Of a stretch of 39,100 nucleotides of DNA, positions 25,883 to 34,853 are shown in pieces. Each line of letters begins with the position of its first letter. Position 1 is the first letter of the stretch. The position numbers and the translations under genes were made by a program. The notes beneath the pieces are model-generated. The model saw nothing but the letters and a program-made list of their open reading frames with translations, was not told the origin of the DNA and did not search any database. The DNA lies in the sequence record SRR31156797_3163. The stretch is one strand, 5' to 3'.

Positions 25883-26146
25883 ATGGAAAAAACATGCGGC
25901 CTTTGCGAACAATTCGAAGGATTACCCGGCACTACCGGCCTCGGCAAGTGTGACGCACTGGAAGACGAAATCGAACTGAAGCACAGCGTCAAGGTAACTG
26001 TCTTTGTCCATGAAGGCGCAACGTGCGCCAAGTGCAAACACTTCGACGGCACCGACGAATACCGCGACCTGCTCAATGCAGAGTTTGCACACGACGAAAC
26101 AGTGGGCCGCACCGCGACCGGACACCCTCACAAGAGCGCAGCGTAA
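25883..26146 (+). CDS. Cys-rich hypothetical protein
   Basis: CxxC..F motifs twice; RBS GAGG. Confidence 0.7.
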   Translation: MEKTCGLCEQFEGLPGTTGLGKCDALEDEIELKHSVKVTVFVHEGATCAKCKHFDGTDEYRDLLNAEFAHDETVGRTATGHPHKSAA

Positions 26147-26176
26147 ATTTTCGAGACGACACCAAGGATAAGCAAC

Positions 26177-26671
26177 ATGAAAACCATCAAATTGACAAAA
26201 GGCTATGTCGCAATCGTTGACGACGAAGACTACGACAGGCTCGCTGAACACAAGTGGAGTGCCCTTGAAATCAGACGTAGCGATGGAAGTGTTCGTGTTG
26301 TGTACGCGGTTCGAGCGCTTACGCAAAACGGGAAACAGCGCTCGATCCTTATGCACCGGGTAATCATGGGCGCAACATCTGGAGACTTGGTTGATCATAT
26401 TAACTGCGACAGCCTAGATAACACCAGAAAAAACCTTCGTTTCTGCACACATACGCAAAACGCATGTAATAGTCGCCGGCAAGTATCCAACTCTAGTGGG
26501 TATAAAGGGGTGTCGTGGCACAGTAGAGACAAAAGATGGCAATCCTTCATCAATATAGATGGGAAAACAACACATCTTGGGAACTTTAAATCGCCGTTAG
26601 CCGCAGCGCGTGCATATGACAAGGCGGCTATGAAGCATCATGGCGAATTCGCTCGCTTAAACGGTGTGTAA
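26177..26671 (+). CDS. HNH endonuclease with AP2 DNA-binding domain
   Basis: MHRVIM...VDHINCDSLDNTRKNLR (HNH) and SGYKGVSW...AARAYDKAA..HGEFARLN (AP2). Confidence 0.95.
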   Translation: MKTIKLTKGYVAIVDDEDYDRLAEHKWSALEIRRSDGSVRVVYAVRALTQNGKQRSILMHRVIMGATSGDLVDHINCDSLDNTRKNLRFCTHTQNACNSRRQVSNSSGYKGVSWHSRDKRWQSFINIDGKTTHLGNFKSPLAAARAYDKAAMKHHGEFARLNGV

Positions 26672-26749
26672 TAAATTTCTACTGATCCCCACCCCGCCGG
26701 TGGTGGCCCCGAACAACCGGCAAGCTTTTTAAAACAAAGGAGAGGAACA

Positions 26750-27016
26750 ATGACATGCGTTGAGACAATGCCGACCATAGATCGCAGAGCGCGTACGAGC
26801 GACGGGACAATGACCTGTTACGACTGCGGCGAAATCATCCCCGAAAACGAAGGATATGTCCAATTCACCAACGTCTGCACCGGCACCCTTCTCCAACGTG
26901 ATATCTGCCTCAACTGCATCGGTGGCCGCGATAGAGACGAATTTTCAGCCATCCTCGGTGTAATCGCAATCAGTCTGGCGTGTGTAGCACTCCTGGCTTG
27001 GGCATTGACGGTATAG
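26750..27016 (+). CDS. Zn-ribbon protein with C-terminal TM helix
   Basis: CYDC...CLNC motifs, hydrophobic C-terminus, RBS AGGAG. Confidence 0.7.
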   Translation: MTCVETMPTIDRRARTSDGTMTCYDCGEIIPENEGYVQFTNVCTGTLLQRDICLNCIGGRDRDEFSAILGVIAISLACVALLAWALTV

Positions 27017-27018
27017 TT

Positions 27019-27657
27019 ATGACCGTTACCTGCGAACAATGGCTTGCCGCTCGCAAGCTCGGCATAGGTGGCAGCGACGCCGCCGCAGTCCTTGGCATAA
27101 GCCCATGGAAAACTAACGTCGAGCTTTGGGAAGAAAAGACTGGCCGCAGGGAAGAGAAAGATATCTCTGACGATCCTTATGTCCAGTACGGCGTTGCCGC
27201 TGAGACATACATTCGCGGCCTATTCGCGCTCGATTTCCCGCAATACGAAGTCTCGCACACCGAAAACCTTTCTGAACAGAACCACAAGCACCCTCAGCTT
27301 CGAGCCTCTCTCGACGGGCGGCTCTTTGAGACAGCAACCGAGCGCACTGGCGTACTGGAAATCAAGGCATCGTTCATCAACAGCCGAATGGACCGCGAGA
27401 AATGGAAAAAAGGCATGCCGCAGCATTATTACACGCAACTGCTCCATAACATGTTTGTAATCGGTGCCGACTTCGGGATCCTGAAAGCAAGACTTATAAG
27501 CGAATGGGATAGCGACATATTCATCACCGAAAAAGACTACCGGGTCGAATACGCGGACAAAAAAGAAGACATTGAATACCTGATCGAAAAGGAATTGGCC
27601 TTTTGGAAGATGGTCGAAACAGACACAAGGCCGAACTTGATTCTGCCAGAAATTTAG
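27019..27657 (+). CDS. YqaJ-like (lambda-exo family) recombination exonuclease
   Basis: WLAARKLGIGGSDAAAVLGISPWK, ASLDG, LEIK and YYTQ motifs; start at MTVT (27019). Confidence 0.93.
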   Translation: MTVTCEQWLAARKLGIGGSDAAAVLGISPWKTNVELWEEKTGRREEKDISDDPYVQYGVAAETYIRGLFALDFPQYEVSHTENLSEQNHKHPQLRASLDGRLFETATERTGVLEIKASFINSRMDREKWKKGMPQHYYTQLLHNMFVIGADFGILKARLISEWDSDIFITEKDYRVEYADKKEDIEYLIEKELAFWKMVETDTRPNLILPEI

Positions 27658-27669
27658 GAGGTTGAGGAA

Positions 27670-28596
27670 ATGGGTATGGAATTGAAGATCATCAGCCCGT
27701 CAGAAGACGGATACATCAAGAGTATTGAGTTTAATTTTGACGAACTCAAGACCGGCCTGGGTTCCAGTTTGGAGAAATATCAAGGACTCGCTTACACCGA
27801 CGAGACTATTCAGGATGCCAAGAAAGACCGGGCGACCTTGAACACACTCAAAAAGGCATTGAACGCCAAGCGTCTTGAAATCAAAAAGCGTTGCCTTGCT
27901 CCATACGACGAGTTTGAAGCCAAGATCAAGGAACTGACCGGCTTGGTGGATCAGCCCATGTTGGCAATCGATTCTCAAGTAAAGGGCTACGAAGAACGCA
28001 AGCGCACCGAGAAAAACGACAAGATCAAGGCTTATTGGGACGCGCAGGAGTCAAACGTCAAGACACTGGTTCAATTGGACCGCATTTTCGACAAGCGTTG
28101 GCTCAATGTGACTTATTCCATGGCCAAGGTTGAAACCGCAATCACCGAGTTTTTGGAAAAGGTCGAAACCGAACTGGCTTTGATCGAGGAATTAGATACC
28201 GAGTTTTCTGATCAAGTGGTCCGCATGTACCTGAAAGAATTCAACGTTGCCAAGGCTATGGCCGAGAATAAGGCGTTGATCGAGCAAAAGGCGCAGCGCG
28301 AAGAATACACACGTCAGCAAGAAGAAGCCGCAGCCAAGGCCAAGGCTGAAGCCGAAGCACTGGCCCAAGAACGTCGGCAGGAAGAAGCCGTCGCTTCTCA
28401 AATGGTCGAACCTGAACCGCAGCCCGAACCGACTCAGCCGGTCGAGATTCCGCAACAGACACAGCCTGAACCCAATCCCGTCCATCAAGTTGACTTCCGC
28501 GTGTGGGCAACCACCGACGAACTCAGAGAACTCGGACGCTACATGAAGTCCAAGGGCCTCAAGTACGGCCACGTCACTAACGAACAGGCCGCATAA
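27670..28596 (+). CDS. DUF1351-like protein
   Basis: IEFNFDELK, AKKDRATLN and PYDEFEAKIKEL motifs; lies between exonuclease and recombinase. Confidence 0.85.
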   Translation: MGMELKIISPSEDGYIKSIEFNFDELKTGLGSSLEKYQGLAYTDETIQDAKKDRATLNTLKKALNAKRLEIKKRCLAPYDEFEAKIKELTGLVDQPMLAIDSQVKGYEERKRTEKNDKIKAYWDAQESNVKTLVQLDRIFDKRWLNVTYSMAKVETAITEFLEKVETELALIEELDTEFSDQVVRMYLKEFNVAKAMAENKALIEQKAQREEYTRQQEEAAAKAKAEAEALAQERRQEEAVASQMVEPEPQPEPTQPVEIPQQTQPEPNPVHQVDFRVWATTDELRELGRYMKSKGLKYGHVTNEQAA

Positions 28597-28602
28597 GGAG
28601 AT

Positions 28603-29643
28603 ATGAGCATGACACAGGTAAATAATTCACTCGTTCCGCAACAGGCGGGAAACGGCAACAAAGGCGCACTTATAGCCAAATTTTCTGAAAAGTTTGGCGT
28701 CGATCAGAACCAGCTTGCAGGCATCTTGAAGGCCACTTGCTTCAAGCAGTCTTCCAAGAAAGGACAACCACCGGCAGATGTGACCAACGAGCAAATGGCT
28801 GCGTTGCTTATCGTGGCTGACCAGTATGGTTTGAACCCGTTTACTAAGGAAATTTATGCTTTCCCCGACAAGGGCAAGGGGATTGTCCCAATCGTCGGTG
28901 TGGATGGCTGGACTAGGATTATGAACGAACACCCGGCATTTGATGGCATAGAGTTTAACTACTCCGAAGACATCATAACTATTGATGCCGACGCTAAACC
29001 TTGTCCGGCATGGATAGAAGTCGTGATTTACCGCAGCGATAGAACACGGCCTATCAAAATACGTGAATACCTAACCGAGTGCTATCGCCCTGCGTTCGAC
29101 GGGAAGTTCGGGAAGATTGCTGGCCCATGGCAATCTCACACCAGCCGTTTCTTGCGTCACAAAGCGCTGATTCAAGGCGCACGTACCGCCTTCGGATTCT
29201 CTGGAATATATGAAGAAGACGAAGCCAAGAATATCGCAGAGGCTCGTGTTGTTGGCATGAATCGCGACATGCCAAAGGCCATCGATACGGAACCCGTTAA
29301 GACAAAGACACAAACTCAATATCCCACTCAAGACCAGCCCTCCCCAGAGGACGCGCTTTTCGGCTCTGACGGCACCGATAGCAATGCCGAACCGACCGAA
29401 GATGAACTTGTAGTCAGTATCCTTGGTGATGATGCCACTGGTTACAACAGCGGCTCCGCTGCCGATAAAAAGGCACGACTCCTCAAATCTCTCAAGGCAT
29501 ACGGCGCAAATCAAAACGACATGGAAAAATTGGTCGGCAAAACCTACGGCCAGTGGGCATTGAAAGAACGCATCGCCCTGCTCAAAGCCTACCGCGCTTT
29601 GGCTTTTGGTGAAGACCCGGCAACAGTTTTCCCGACACAATAA
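28603..29643 (+). CDS. bet: Phage single-strand annealing recombinase Bet (RecT family)
   Basis: ALLIVADQYGLNPFTKEIYAFPDK, PIVGVDGW and PW.S...R.LRHKALIQ.AR.AFGFSGIY motifs. Confidence 0.95.
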   Translation: MSMTQVNNSLVPQQAGNGNKGALIAKFSEKFGVDQNQLAGILKATCFKQSSKKGQPPADVTNEQMAALLIVADQYGLNPFTKEIYAFPDKGKGIVPIVGVDGWTRIMNEHPAFDGIEFNYSEDIITIDADAKPCPAWIEVVIYRSDRTRPIKIREYLTECYRPAFDGKFGKIAGPWQSHTSRFLRHKALIQGARTAFGFSGIYEEDEAKNIAEARVVGMNRDMPKAIDTEPVKTKTQTQYPTQDQPSPEDALFGSDGTDSNAEPTEDELVVSILGDDATGYNSGSAADKKARLLKSLKAYGANQNDMEKLVGKTYGQWALKERIALLKAYRALAFGEDPATVFPTQ

Positions 29644-29714
29644 ACCATACCCTCCTAAACATGCTGGTCGGGGATAACCCTCTCCCTCCCCGGCCAGCAA
29701 AAGGAAACAAGACA

Positions 29715-29921
29715 ATGACAAATAACGATATTCCCATGGCAGAACCAAGCCGCGAGAACCTTCGCATTATAGGCAAAGACGCACTTGTCAGTGAGTTCAG
29801 GTCCGCCGCACTGAAATGCACACTCAAATATGGACTCAATGAAGACGACGTAAGCGACGTGGCTTGCGCTATCGCTCAAGAAATCGACTCCTACCAGGAA
29901 GAAGCAGAGGACGCCGCGTAG
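29715..29921 (+). CDS. Hypothetical protein
   Basis: Start MTNND (29715) with AAGGA RBS; ends EDAA as do other genes of this phage. Confidence 0.65.
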   Translation: MTNNDIPMAEPSRENLRIIGKDALVSEFRSAALKCTLKYGLNEDDVSDVACAIAQEIDSYQEEAEDAA

Positions 29922-29923
29922 TC

Positions 29924-30412
29924 ATGCCAGACTTTGACGCCACACCATGCGCCGTTTTCCCGAAACAGGCAGGGAAAAACAGAGCTTTCACGCTTCGCTT
30001 TTTCCCCGGCAACAGTCGGGAAACATGGACCAAGCACGGCGGCACTCGCGACAACTTCCGCGTGGCAATCAACGGTCAATATTATCGGACCAGCGAACGC
30101 AAGTTTATATTTTTCTCCCGCGAGTCCGTGGAATGGATGATTCAACAACACGCCCTTGCCCTGCTCGGCCTGCTCGGACCATGGCCGGAAACGGCTACCA
30201 CGCCAGATTTACCCCGAGGGGCAAAGGTTTGGTGGCTCAAGACAGAGAAAGACGGCAGTGGAGTCATGGACTGCGACACGGGCGGTGAAACGATGATCGA
30301 GACATTTACCCGCACCGAACCGTTTCAGGACGAGCACAACGAATGGAAAGCATATGTCATGGGTAGCCGCGCCCCGGTATCACTGACGCAATTACATCCG
30401 AGGACACGATGA
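29924..30412 (+). CDS. Hypothetical protein
   Basis: Start MPDFD (29924), 2 nt after the upstream stop; ATGA overlap downstream. Confidence 0.7.
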   Translation: MPDFDATPCAVFPKQAGKNRAFTLRFFPGNSRETWTKHGGTRDNFRVAINGQYYRTSERKFIFFSRESVEWMIQQHALALLGLLGPWPETATTPDLPRGAKVWWLKTEKDGSGVMDCDTGGETMIETFTRTEPFQDEHNEWKAYVMGSRAPVSLTQLHPRTR

Positions 30413-30777
30413 CCAAAACAACACAGCCAGCAATGAACAAACGGATTTGTGCAGCTCCAGAATGCAATAACGAGTTCGAACCCAAGGTGTGGAGCCAGGT
30501 CACATGCTGTGACAAATGCTCCGCTAAATGGGCAAAGATTCAGGACATGCGCAGAAGTCGAAAGCGTGACGATGGCAGTCGTTTATCAATAAAATTGCCG
30601 ATAACTGATTCGACATACAGCGATCTAAAGACTCAACCGCTTGGGCTTAATGACTTCAACGTCACGCCGCGCCACCCCTTTTTCAACCCGTTTCACGGTC
30701 CGTGCGGCAAACCGTTAGCCCAATGGCCTCCCGCTCAGCCAGAAAACAAACCGGCCCAAGGCGTCGTGGACGTATAG
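30409..30777 (+). CDS. Zn-finger-containing hypothetical protein
   Basis: CAAPECNNEF.P....Q.TCCDKC motif. Confidence 0.7.
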   Translation: MTKTTQPAMNKRICAAPECNNEFEPKVWSQVTCCDKCSAKWAKIQDMRRSRKRDDGSRLSIKLPITDSTYSDLKTQPLGLNDFNVTPRHPFFNPFHGPCGKPLAQWPPAQPENKPAQGVVDV

Positions 30778-30792
30778 CAAATTTTGGGGAAT

Positions 30793-30869
30793 GGCCCCGA
30801 ATCGAGGGGGCCGGGGTCGCACAGTGCGACAAGGTTCATATTGTGAACCTATTAGGCCCGGTCCCTCTC
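30793..30869 (+). ncRNA. Possible cis-regulatory structured RNA (three-way junction)
   Basis: Stem 30806-30815/30857-30866 enclosing hairpins 30816-30830 and 30832-30850. Confidence 0.45.
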
Positions 30870-30891
30870 ATACAACTAGGAGAAGTAAGTC

Positions 30892-31131
30892 ATGACAAAA
30901 GCGGAATTGATAGATGCTCTTGCAGATTACCCAGACAATTACGAGGTCCGAGTTCTTGCAACCGTATATTGCCCACACAGCTATGACAATGATTGTGACT
31001 ATGACGGGATAAATATTGGTCATGGCAAAATTTATCCGCGCAACCCTCCTGCCCCCTTCGGCAGCAAGTTGGAAGGGTTGAGGGTTGACGACAGGGGTGT
31101 GGCTGTTTTGCTCCAGACAACCGTAGGCTGA
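30892..31131 (+). CDS. Hypothetical protein
   Basis: MTKAELIDALADYPDNYEV N-terminus common in phage small proteins; RBS AGGAG. Confidence 0.75.
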   Translation: MTKAELIDALADYPDNYEVRVLATVYCPHSYDNDCDYDGINIGHGKIYPRNPPAPFGSKLEGLRVDDRGVAVLLQTTVG

Positions 31132-31144
31132 TGAGAGGCACATT

Positions 31145-31432
31145 ATGCAAATGAGAGGGACACTCCCCGGATGCACTGGCGAAGATCAAGTCATTGCAGA
31201 GCGACAAATAGCGGAAGAAGCCCGACTTGATGAAATGGTCAGCGTCGATGTGCAGATGACAATTTACAGGGTCGAATTCCGTGAATCAGTGAGAATGTCT
31301 CGTCGGAGTTTTGAAAAGATCGAATCAGAAATCGATACAGACCTTGAAGGCCTTTTCAATAACATTGACTGCGGTGACATAGATTTCTCGGATTGCGATG
31401 TTAATATCGACGAATTTTCAATCAGGGAATGA
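31145..31432 (+). CDS. Acidic hypothetical protein
   Basis: 95-aa ORF, RBS GAGG, operon-contiguous. Confidence 0.65.
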   Translation: MQMRGTLPGCTGEDQVIAERQIAEEARLDEMVSVDVQMTIYRVEFRESVRMSRRSFEKIESEIDTDLEGLFNNIDCGDIDFSDCDVNIDEFSIRE

Positions 31433-31446
31433 GAGGTAGGCAGACG

Positions 31447-31626
31447 ATGAGTAAAATTCACTACGAAATTCCAGCCATCGACGACAGGTTTATCCGCGTT
31501 GCTTGCCGGAGCCGCGAGTTCCAGAAGTACACGAAAGACCTTGGACGTGTGACATGTGCGAGGTGCCTCAAGACGGAAGTTTTCCGCGAGGCGTGGGCTA
31601 AAATGAAAGCGAAGAGTGGAGCCTAG
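31447..31626 (+). CDS. Hypothetical protein (VTCARC motif)
   Basis: Start MSKIH with GAGGT RBS; operon-contiguous. Confidence 0.6.
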   Translation: MSKIHYEIPAIDDRFIRVACRSREFQKYTKDLGRVTCARCLKTEVFREAWAKMKAKSGA

Positions 31627-31628
31627 AT

Positions 31629-32063
31629 ATGAGCGATCAAAATTGCATCTACTGCGGAGAGTTAGTCAACTACTCGAGCGAGCCGGAGTTCGGTGAAACT
31701 GGCGATGAAACGCCAAACGGACCCGCTCATCACCGGTGCATTGCCAAGGCGCGGATTGAAGAACTTGAAGCCGAAGTCAAACATTTCAGGACAAAGGCCA
31801 CAAGGTTTGAAACTGAGGCTGAATCCGGTTGGCACCTTGCCAGTGATGCCGCCCGTGGTCTTGGCGTCGAGTGTGACGGCGACCTTGGACATGAGGCTGA
31901 ACAGATACGCAAAGAGCGCGACCAACTGCGCAAAGCTCTTTGGAACGTTTACAAAGAAGATCAGCACCCCAACTACGACGATCCAACATCGCCGATCATT
32001 GGCTCTCTGGGCAAGATGGCTTGGAAGGTTCTCAATCGCACGGAAAATGGAGGGAACGTTTAG
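31629..32063 (+). CDS. Hypothetical protein (Zn-binding N-terminus, coiled coil)
   Basis: CIYC...HHRC followed by ARIEELEAEV; RBS GGAG. Confidence 0.7.
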   Translation: MSDQNCIYCGELVNYSSEPEFGETGDETPNGPAHHRCIAKARIEELEAEVKHFRTKATRFETEAESGWHLASDAARGLGVECDGDLGHEAEQIRKERDQLRKALWNVYKEDQHPNYDDPTSPIIGSLGKMAWKVLNRTENGGNV

Positions 32064-32064
32064 A

Positions 32065-32688
32065 ATGGCTACCAAACCTATCCTTTTCAGCGGCCCCATG
32101 GTGCGGGCTATTCTGGCTGGAGACAAGACACAGACGCGCCGGGTAATCAAGCTGGATATTGGCAATGACAATCGCTTCCCCATCGGCCTCAACACGGTGA
32201 TGAATATCCGCGACCCTCAAGCCATCGAGTATGCCACCTATAAAAAGGATGACATCCTTTGGGTGCGTGAAACATGGCGTGAATGGGATAGCGGCCTTTG
32301 TGGATGTGGTGGAGACATTTGCCACTGCCCGCCTGACGGCACACCTATCTTCCGAGCCGAGATCAACCACAATATGACGGAAGAAGAGTTCAAGCCATGG
32401 CGGCCTTCTATCTTCATGCCTAAAAAGTACTGTCGCATTTTCCTCAAGATCAAAAATGTCCGGTCTGAATGGCTACGAGACATAACTTGGCAGGACGCTC
32501 AAGAGGAAGGATTTTCCGACTATGGAGACAACCCGAATCAGGGACATCGGCATGACCCACGAGGTTGGTTCCGCGACCTATGGAACTCCATCAATGCCAA
32601 ACGCGGCTTTGGTTGGGATGTCAGCCCTTGGGTGTGGGTCTACGAGTTCGAGCGCACCGACAAGCCCGCCAATTGGCCAACAAATTGA
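32065..32688 (+). CDS. ASCH/PUA-like phage protein
   Basis: PILFSGPMVRAILAGDKTQTRR, LWVRETW, WRPSIFMPK and PWVWVYEF motifs; start at MATK (32065). Confidence 0.85.
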   Translation: MATKPILFSGPMVRAILAGDKTQTRRVIKLDIGNDNRFPIGLNTVMNIRDPQAIEYATYKKDDILWVRETWREWDSGLCGCGGDICHCPPDGTPIFRAEINHNMTEEEFKPWRPSIFMPKKYCRIFLKIKNVRSEWLRDITWQDAQEEGFSDYGDNPNQGHRHDPRGWFRDLWNSINAKRGFGWDVSPWVWVYEFERTDKPANWPTN

Positions 32689-32710
32689 TAGTTCAAAGGC
32701 ATTTTTGATT

Positions 32711-33640
32711 ATGAAAGTAGGAAGTCTTTTTAGCGGTGCCGGGTGCGGCGATCTTGGCCTTGAATGGGCCGGGTTCGAGCACGCTTGGTTTTGCGAAGCC
32801 GATCCGTATGCCCGGAAAGTCCTCGCAGCTCGTTGGCCTGGTGTCACAATTTACGGAGACATCAAAGAGGTTGATTTCACGAAAGCCCACTCGATCGAGC
32901 TACTTGCTGGCGGGTTCCCCTGCCAAGACATAAGTGTCGCCGGAAAAGGCGAAGGAATCAAAGGAGAGAGAAGTGGATTGTGGAGCGAATTTACTAGAGC
33001 CATTGCTGAAATACGACCCCGTTACGCACTCATTGAAAACAGCCCGGCCCTCATTACTCGCGGGCTTGATGTTGTCCTCTCCGACCTTGCCGCGCTCGGG
33101 TACGATGCGGAATGGCATTGTATCCCCGCTGCGGCCCTTGGTGCTCTACACAAAAGAGACCGGATATGGATTGTGGCCTACTCCAGCAGTACATGGAAAC
33201 AACAACCGCAAGGAACTCAGCCCCAAAGCCGGAGACGGATTAGCAACGGCAGTCAAGCGCAAGCTATGGGCAACGCCAGCAGCAACGGACGGGACACGAG
33301 GCGGGACGATCACGGAAAACATGACAGGACAGTCATTGCCTCAGATGGTCAACACTCCAAAGAAGTGGCCCACACCAACTTCTCAAGATTCCAAAAATTC
33401 GACCTTGCCACCCTCGCAACGGGACCGGGACAGCATACCGGGTGCTCTCTTGAAAGAGGGGGAAAAACCTGGTGGGCAACTGAACCCGAATTGGGTCGAG
33501 TGGTTGATGGGACTCCCAATCGGGTGGACCGACTTAGATGCATCGGTAACGGGCAAGTCCCGCAATGCACCTATTTCCTCGGCAGCCTGATTCAGCAACA
33601 CGCAGCGCAAACGTATTCAAAATCAGTAGAGGAGAAATAG
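32711..33640 (+). CDS. DNA (cytosine-5) methyltransferase, alpha-type polypeptide
   Basis: Motif I SLFSGAG, IV GGFPCQD, VI IENS, VIII HKRDRIW, X IGNGQVP; start at MKVG (32711). Confidence 0.92.
   Translation: MKVGSLFSGAGCGDLGLEWAGFEHAWFCEADPYARKVLAARWPGVTIYGDIKEVDFTKAHSIELLAGGFPCQDISVAGKGEGIKGERSGLWSEFTRAIAEIRPRYALIENSPALITRGLDVVLSDLAALGYDAEWHCIPAAALGALHKRDRIWIVAYSSSTWKQQPQGTQPQSRRRISNGSQAQAMGNASSNGRDTRRDDHGKHDRTVIASDGQHSKEVAHTNFSRFQKFDLATLATGPGQHTGCSLERGGKTWWATEPELGRVVDGTPNRVDRLRCIGNGQVPQCTYFLGSLIQQHAAQTYSKSVEEK
32934..33590 (+). CDS. Alternative-frame methyltransferase beta-type polypeptide (WPTP repeats + motif IX-like)
   Basis: WPTP/WATP/WPTP repeats and GQLNPNWVEWLMGLPIGWT, nested in another frame of the MTase gene; true start uncertain. 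Confidence 0.7.
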   Translation: MSPEKAKESKEREVDCGANLLEPLLKYDPVTHSLKTARPSLLAGLMLSSPTLPRSGTMRNGIVSPLRPLVLYTKETGYGLWPTPAVHGNNNRKELSPKAGDGLATAVKRKLWATPAATDGTRGGTITENMTGQSLPQMVNTPKKWPTPTSQDSKNSTLPPSQRDRDSIPGALLKEGEKPGGQLNPNWVEWLMGLPIGWTDLDASVTGKSRNAPISSAA

Positions 33641-33641
33641 A

Positions 33642-34337
33642 ATGAGTGATCTTACTTTTTCACAGATGATAGAGGCAAAGGTTTCTGAATACATGGCTTC
33701 CGGCAAGCTGGAAGAGATTATCGAAAGCAAAATTGATTCGTGCCTTGAGCGCGTGATGGATGACGCTTTCTCCACCTATCGCGGCGGCTTTGGCGAACTC
33801 ATCAAAGACGCTGTTAAAAAGGCTCTGCCCGGCAACCTCGACGGCGTGCTTGATCTTGCCCCGTACACCCAGCTTGTGAAGAACCAAGTAAAAGACCGCC
33901 TTTCGGTCCACTTCAACGCCAGCGCTGCCGGGTTGTGTGACGGCCTCATGGATGAATTGCTGGTGGAACCTCCCAAAGAAATAAAGCTCTCGGAGCTTAT
34001 GCACGCCTTTGTCGAAGATCGTTGCGGCCTTGCTCCCGGGGAGTCGGATGGGCCTTACATCAAGATCAAAAGGGACAGCGTTATCTCTGACGAATACTGG
34101 ACTGTTGAGTTTGATGAAGAAGAACCAACATACGGCAGCGCGAAGTACGAGCTTTGGGTTAACGGCAACGGTCGTGTTTATGGATTCCGACTCAACGGGC
34201 AGGACAGTTCAAGCAAAACAAACACCCCAATCTCCGACTTTGACAAACGGATTTTTCAGATTGCTGCATATCGAATTCCATTGATTCTGAATGAAGATTT
34301 CGACCCCTATGATTTCCATTTTGAAGATCATTACTAG
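33642..34337 (+). CDS. Hypothetical phage protein
   Basis: 231-aa ORF with RBS GAGGAG. Confidence 0.8.
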   Translation: MSDLTFSQMIEAKVSEYMASGKLEEIIESKIDSCLERVMDDAFSTYRGGFGELIKDAVKKALPGNLDGVLDLAPYTQLVKNQVKDRLSVHFNASAAGLCDGLMDELLVEPPKEIKLSELMHAFVEDRCGLAPGESDGPYIKIKRDSVISDEYWTVEFDEEEPTYGSAKYELWVNGNGRVYGFRLNGQDSSSKTNTPISDFDKRIFQIAAYRIPLILNEDFDPYDFHFEDHY

Positions 34338-34369
34338 GCCAATCCAAGAGAATCAGCAGGAGGTTTATC

Positions 34370-34468
34370 GTGAAGATTTTGTTTTTAATTATATGGGTTG
34401 CCTTCGGCGTTTGGGCCTTGGGCTGCGGAGCCATGACGTTGTTTCAGACAATCGCGGAGTTGTTCTAA
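34370..34468 (+). CDS. 32-aa membrane peptide (not in ORF track)
   Basis: GTG start after AGGAGG; MKILFLIIWVAFGVWALGCGAMTLFQTIAELF; TAATG coupling to the next ORF. Confidence 0.6.
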   Translation: MKILFLIIWVAFGVWALGCGAMTLFQTIAELF

Positions 34469-34575
34469 TGGAAGGATTCAAGTTCTTTTGCTTGGTGGCA
34501 TCCTTTGCCATCTTCGCTTGGCTTCTTTTCGGGCGAGGACTGGAGTTAATCTACAGACTGTGGGAGTTGCTATGA
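34468..34575 (+). CDS. 35-aa membrane peptide
   Basis: MEGFKFFCLVASFAIFAWLLFGRGLELIYRLWELL; TAATG and ATGA overlaps. Confidence 0.6.
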   Translation: MEGFKFFCLVASFAIFAWLLFGRGLELIYRLWELL

Positions 34576-34853
34576 TTCAATTCAGAGACGGAACATTTTC
34601 GGGTGAAATGTCCGCTAACGAAGCTTTTAACATGTTCAAGGAGCTTGCCCCAATCGGAGAAGCAAAAGCCTTGCACGTTGGAACACACGGAGAACTGTTG
34701 AAGGTCAAAGAAGAGGCAGACCAACAGGCGCAAATCAGCGACATGAAAGACCGCCTGACCTACCTTGAGAACAAAGAACCTGTCCGGTCCGATGTTCTGC
34801 ACATTCCTAGCAATGAGGACGTACTTCGATTCGCGCCCCAAGGAGATGAGTAA
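34572..34853 (+). CDS. Hypothetical protein
   Basis: Start MIQFRD (34572), RBS GGGAG, coupled on both sides. Confidence 0.7.
   Translation: MIQFRDGTFSGEMSANEAFNMFKELAPIGEAKALHVGTHGELLKVKEEADQQAQISDMKDRLTYLENKEPVRSDVLHIPSNEDVLRFAPQGDE

Noticed and set aside
32711-33640. Frameshifted methyltransferase pseudogene
   Set aside because: Both frames are open over their whole length and each carries complementary conserved motifs, matching a known alpha/beta arrangement.
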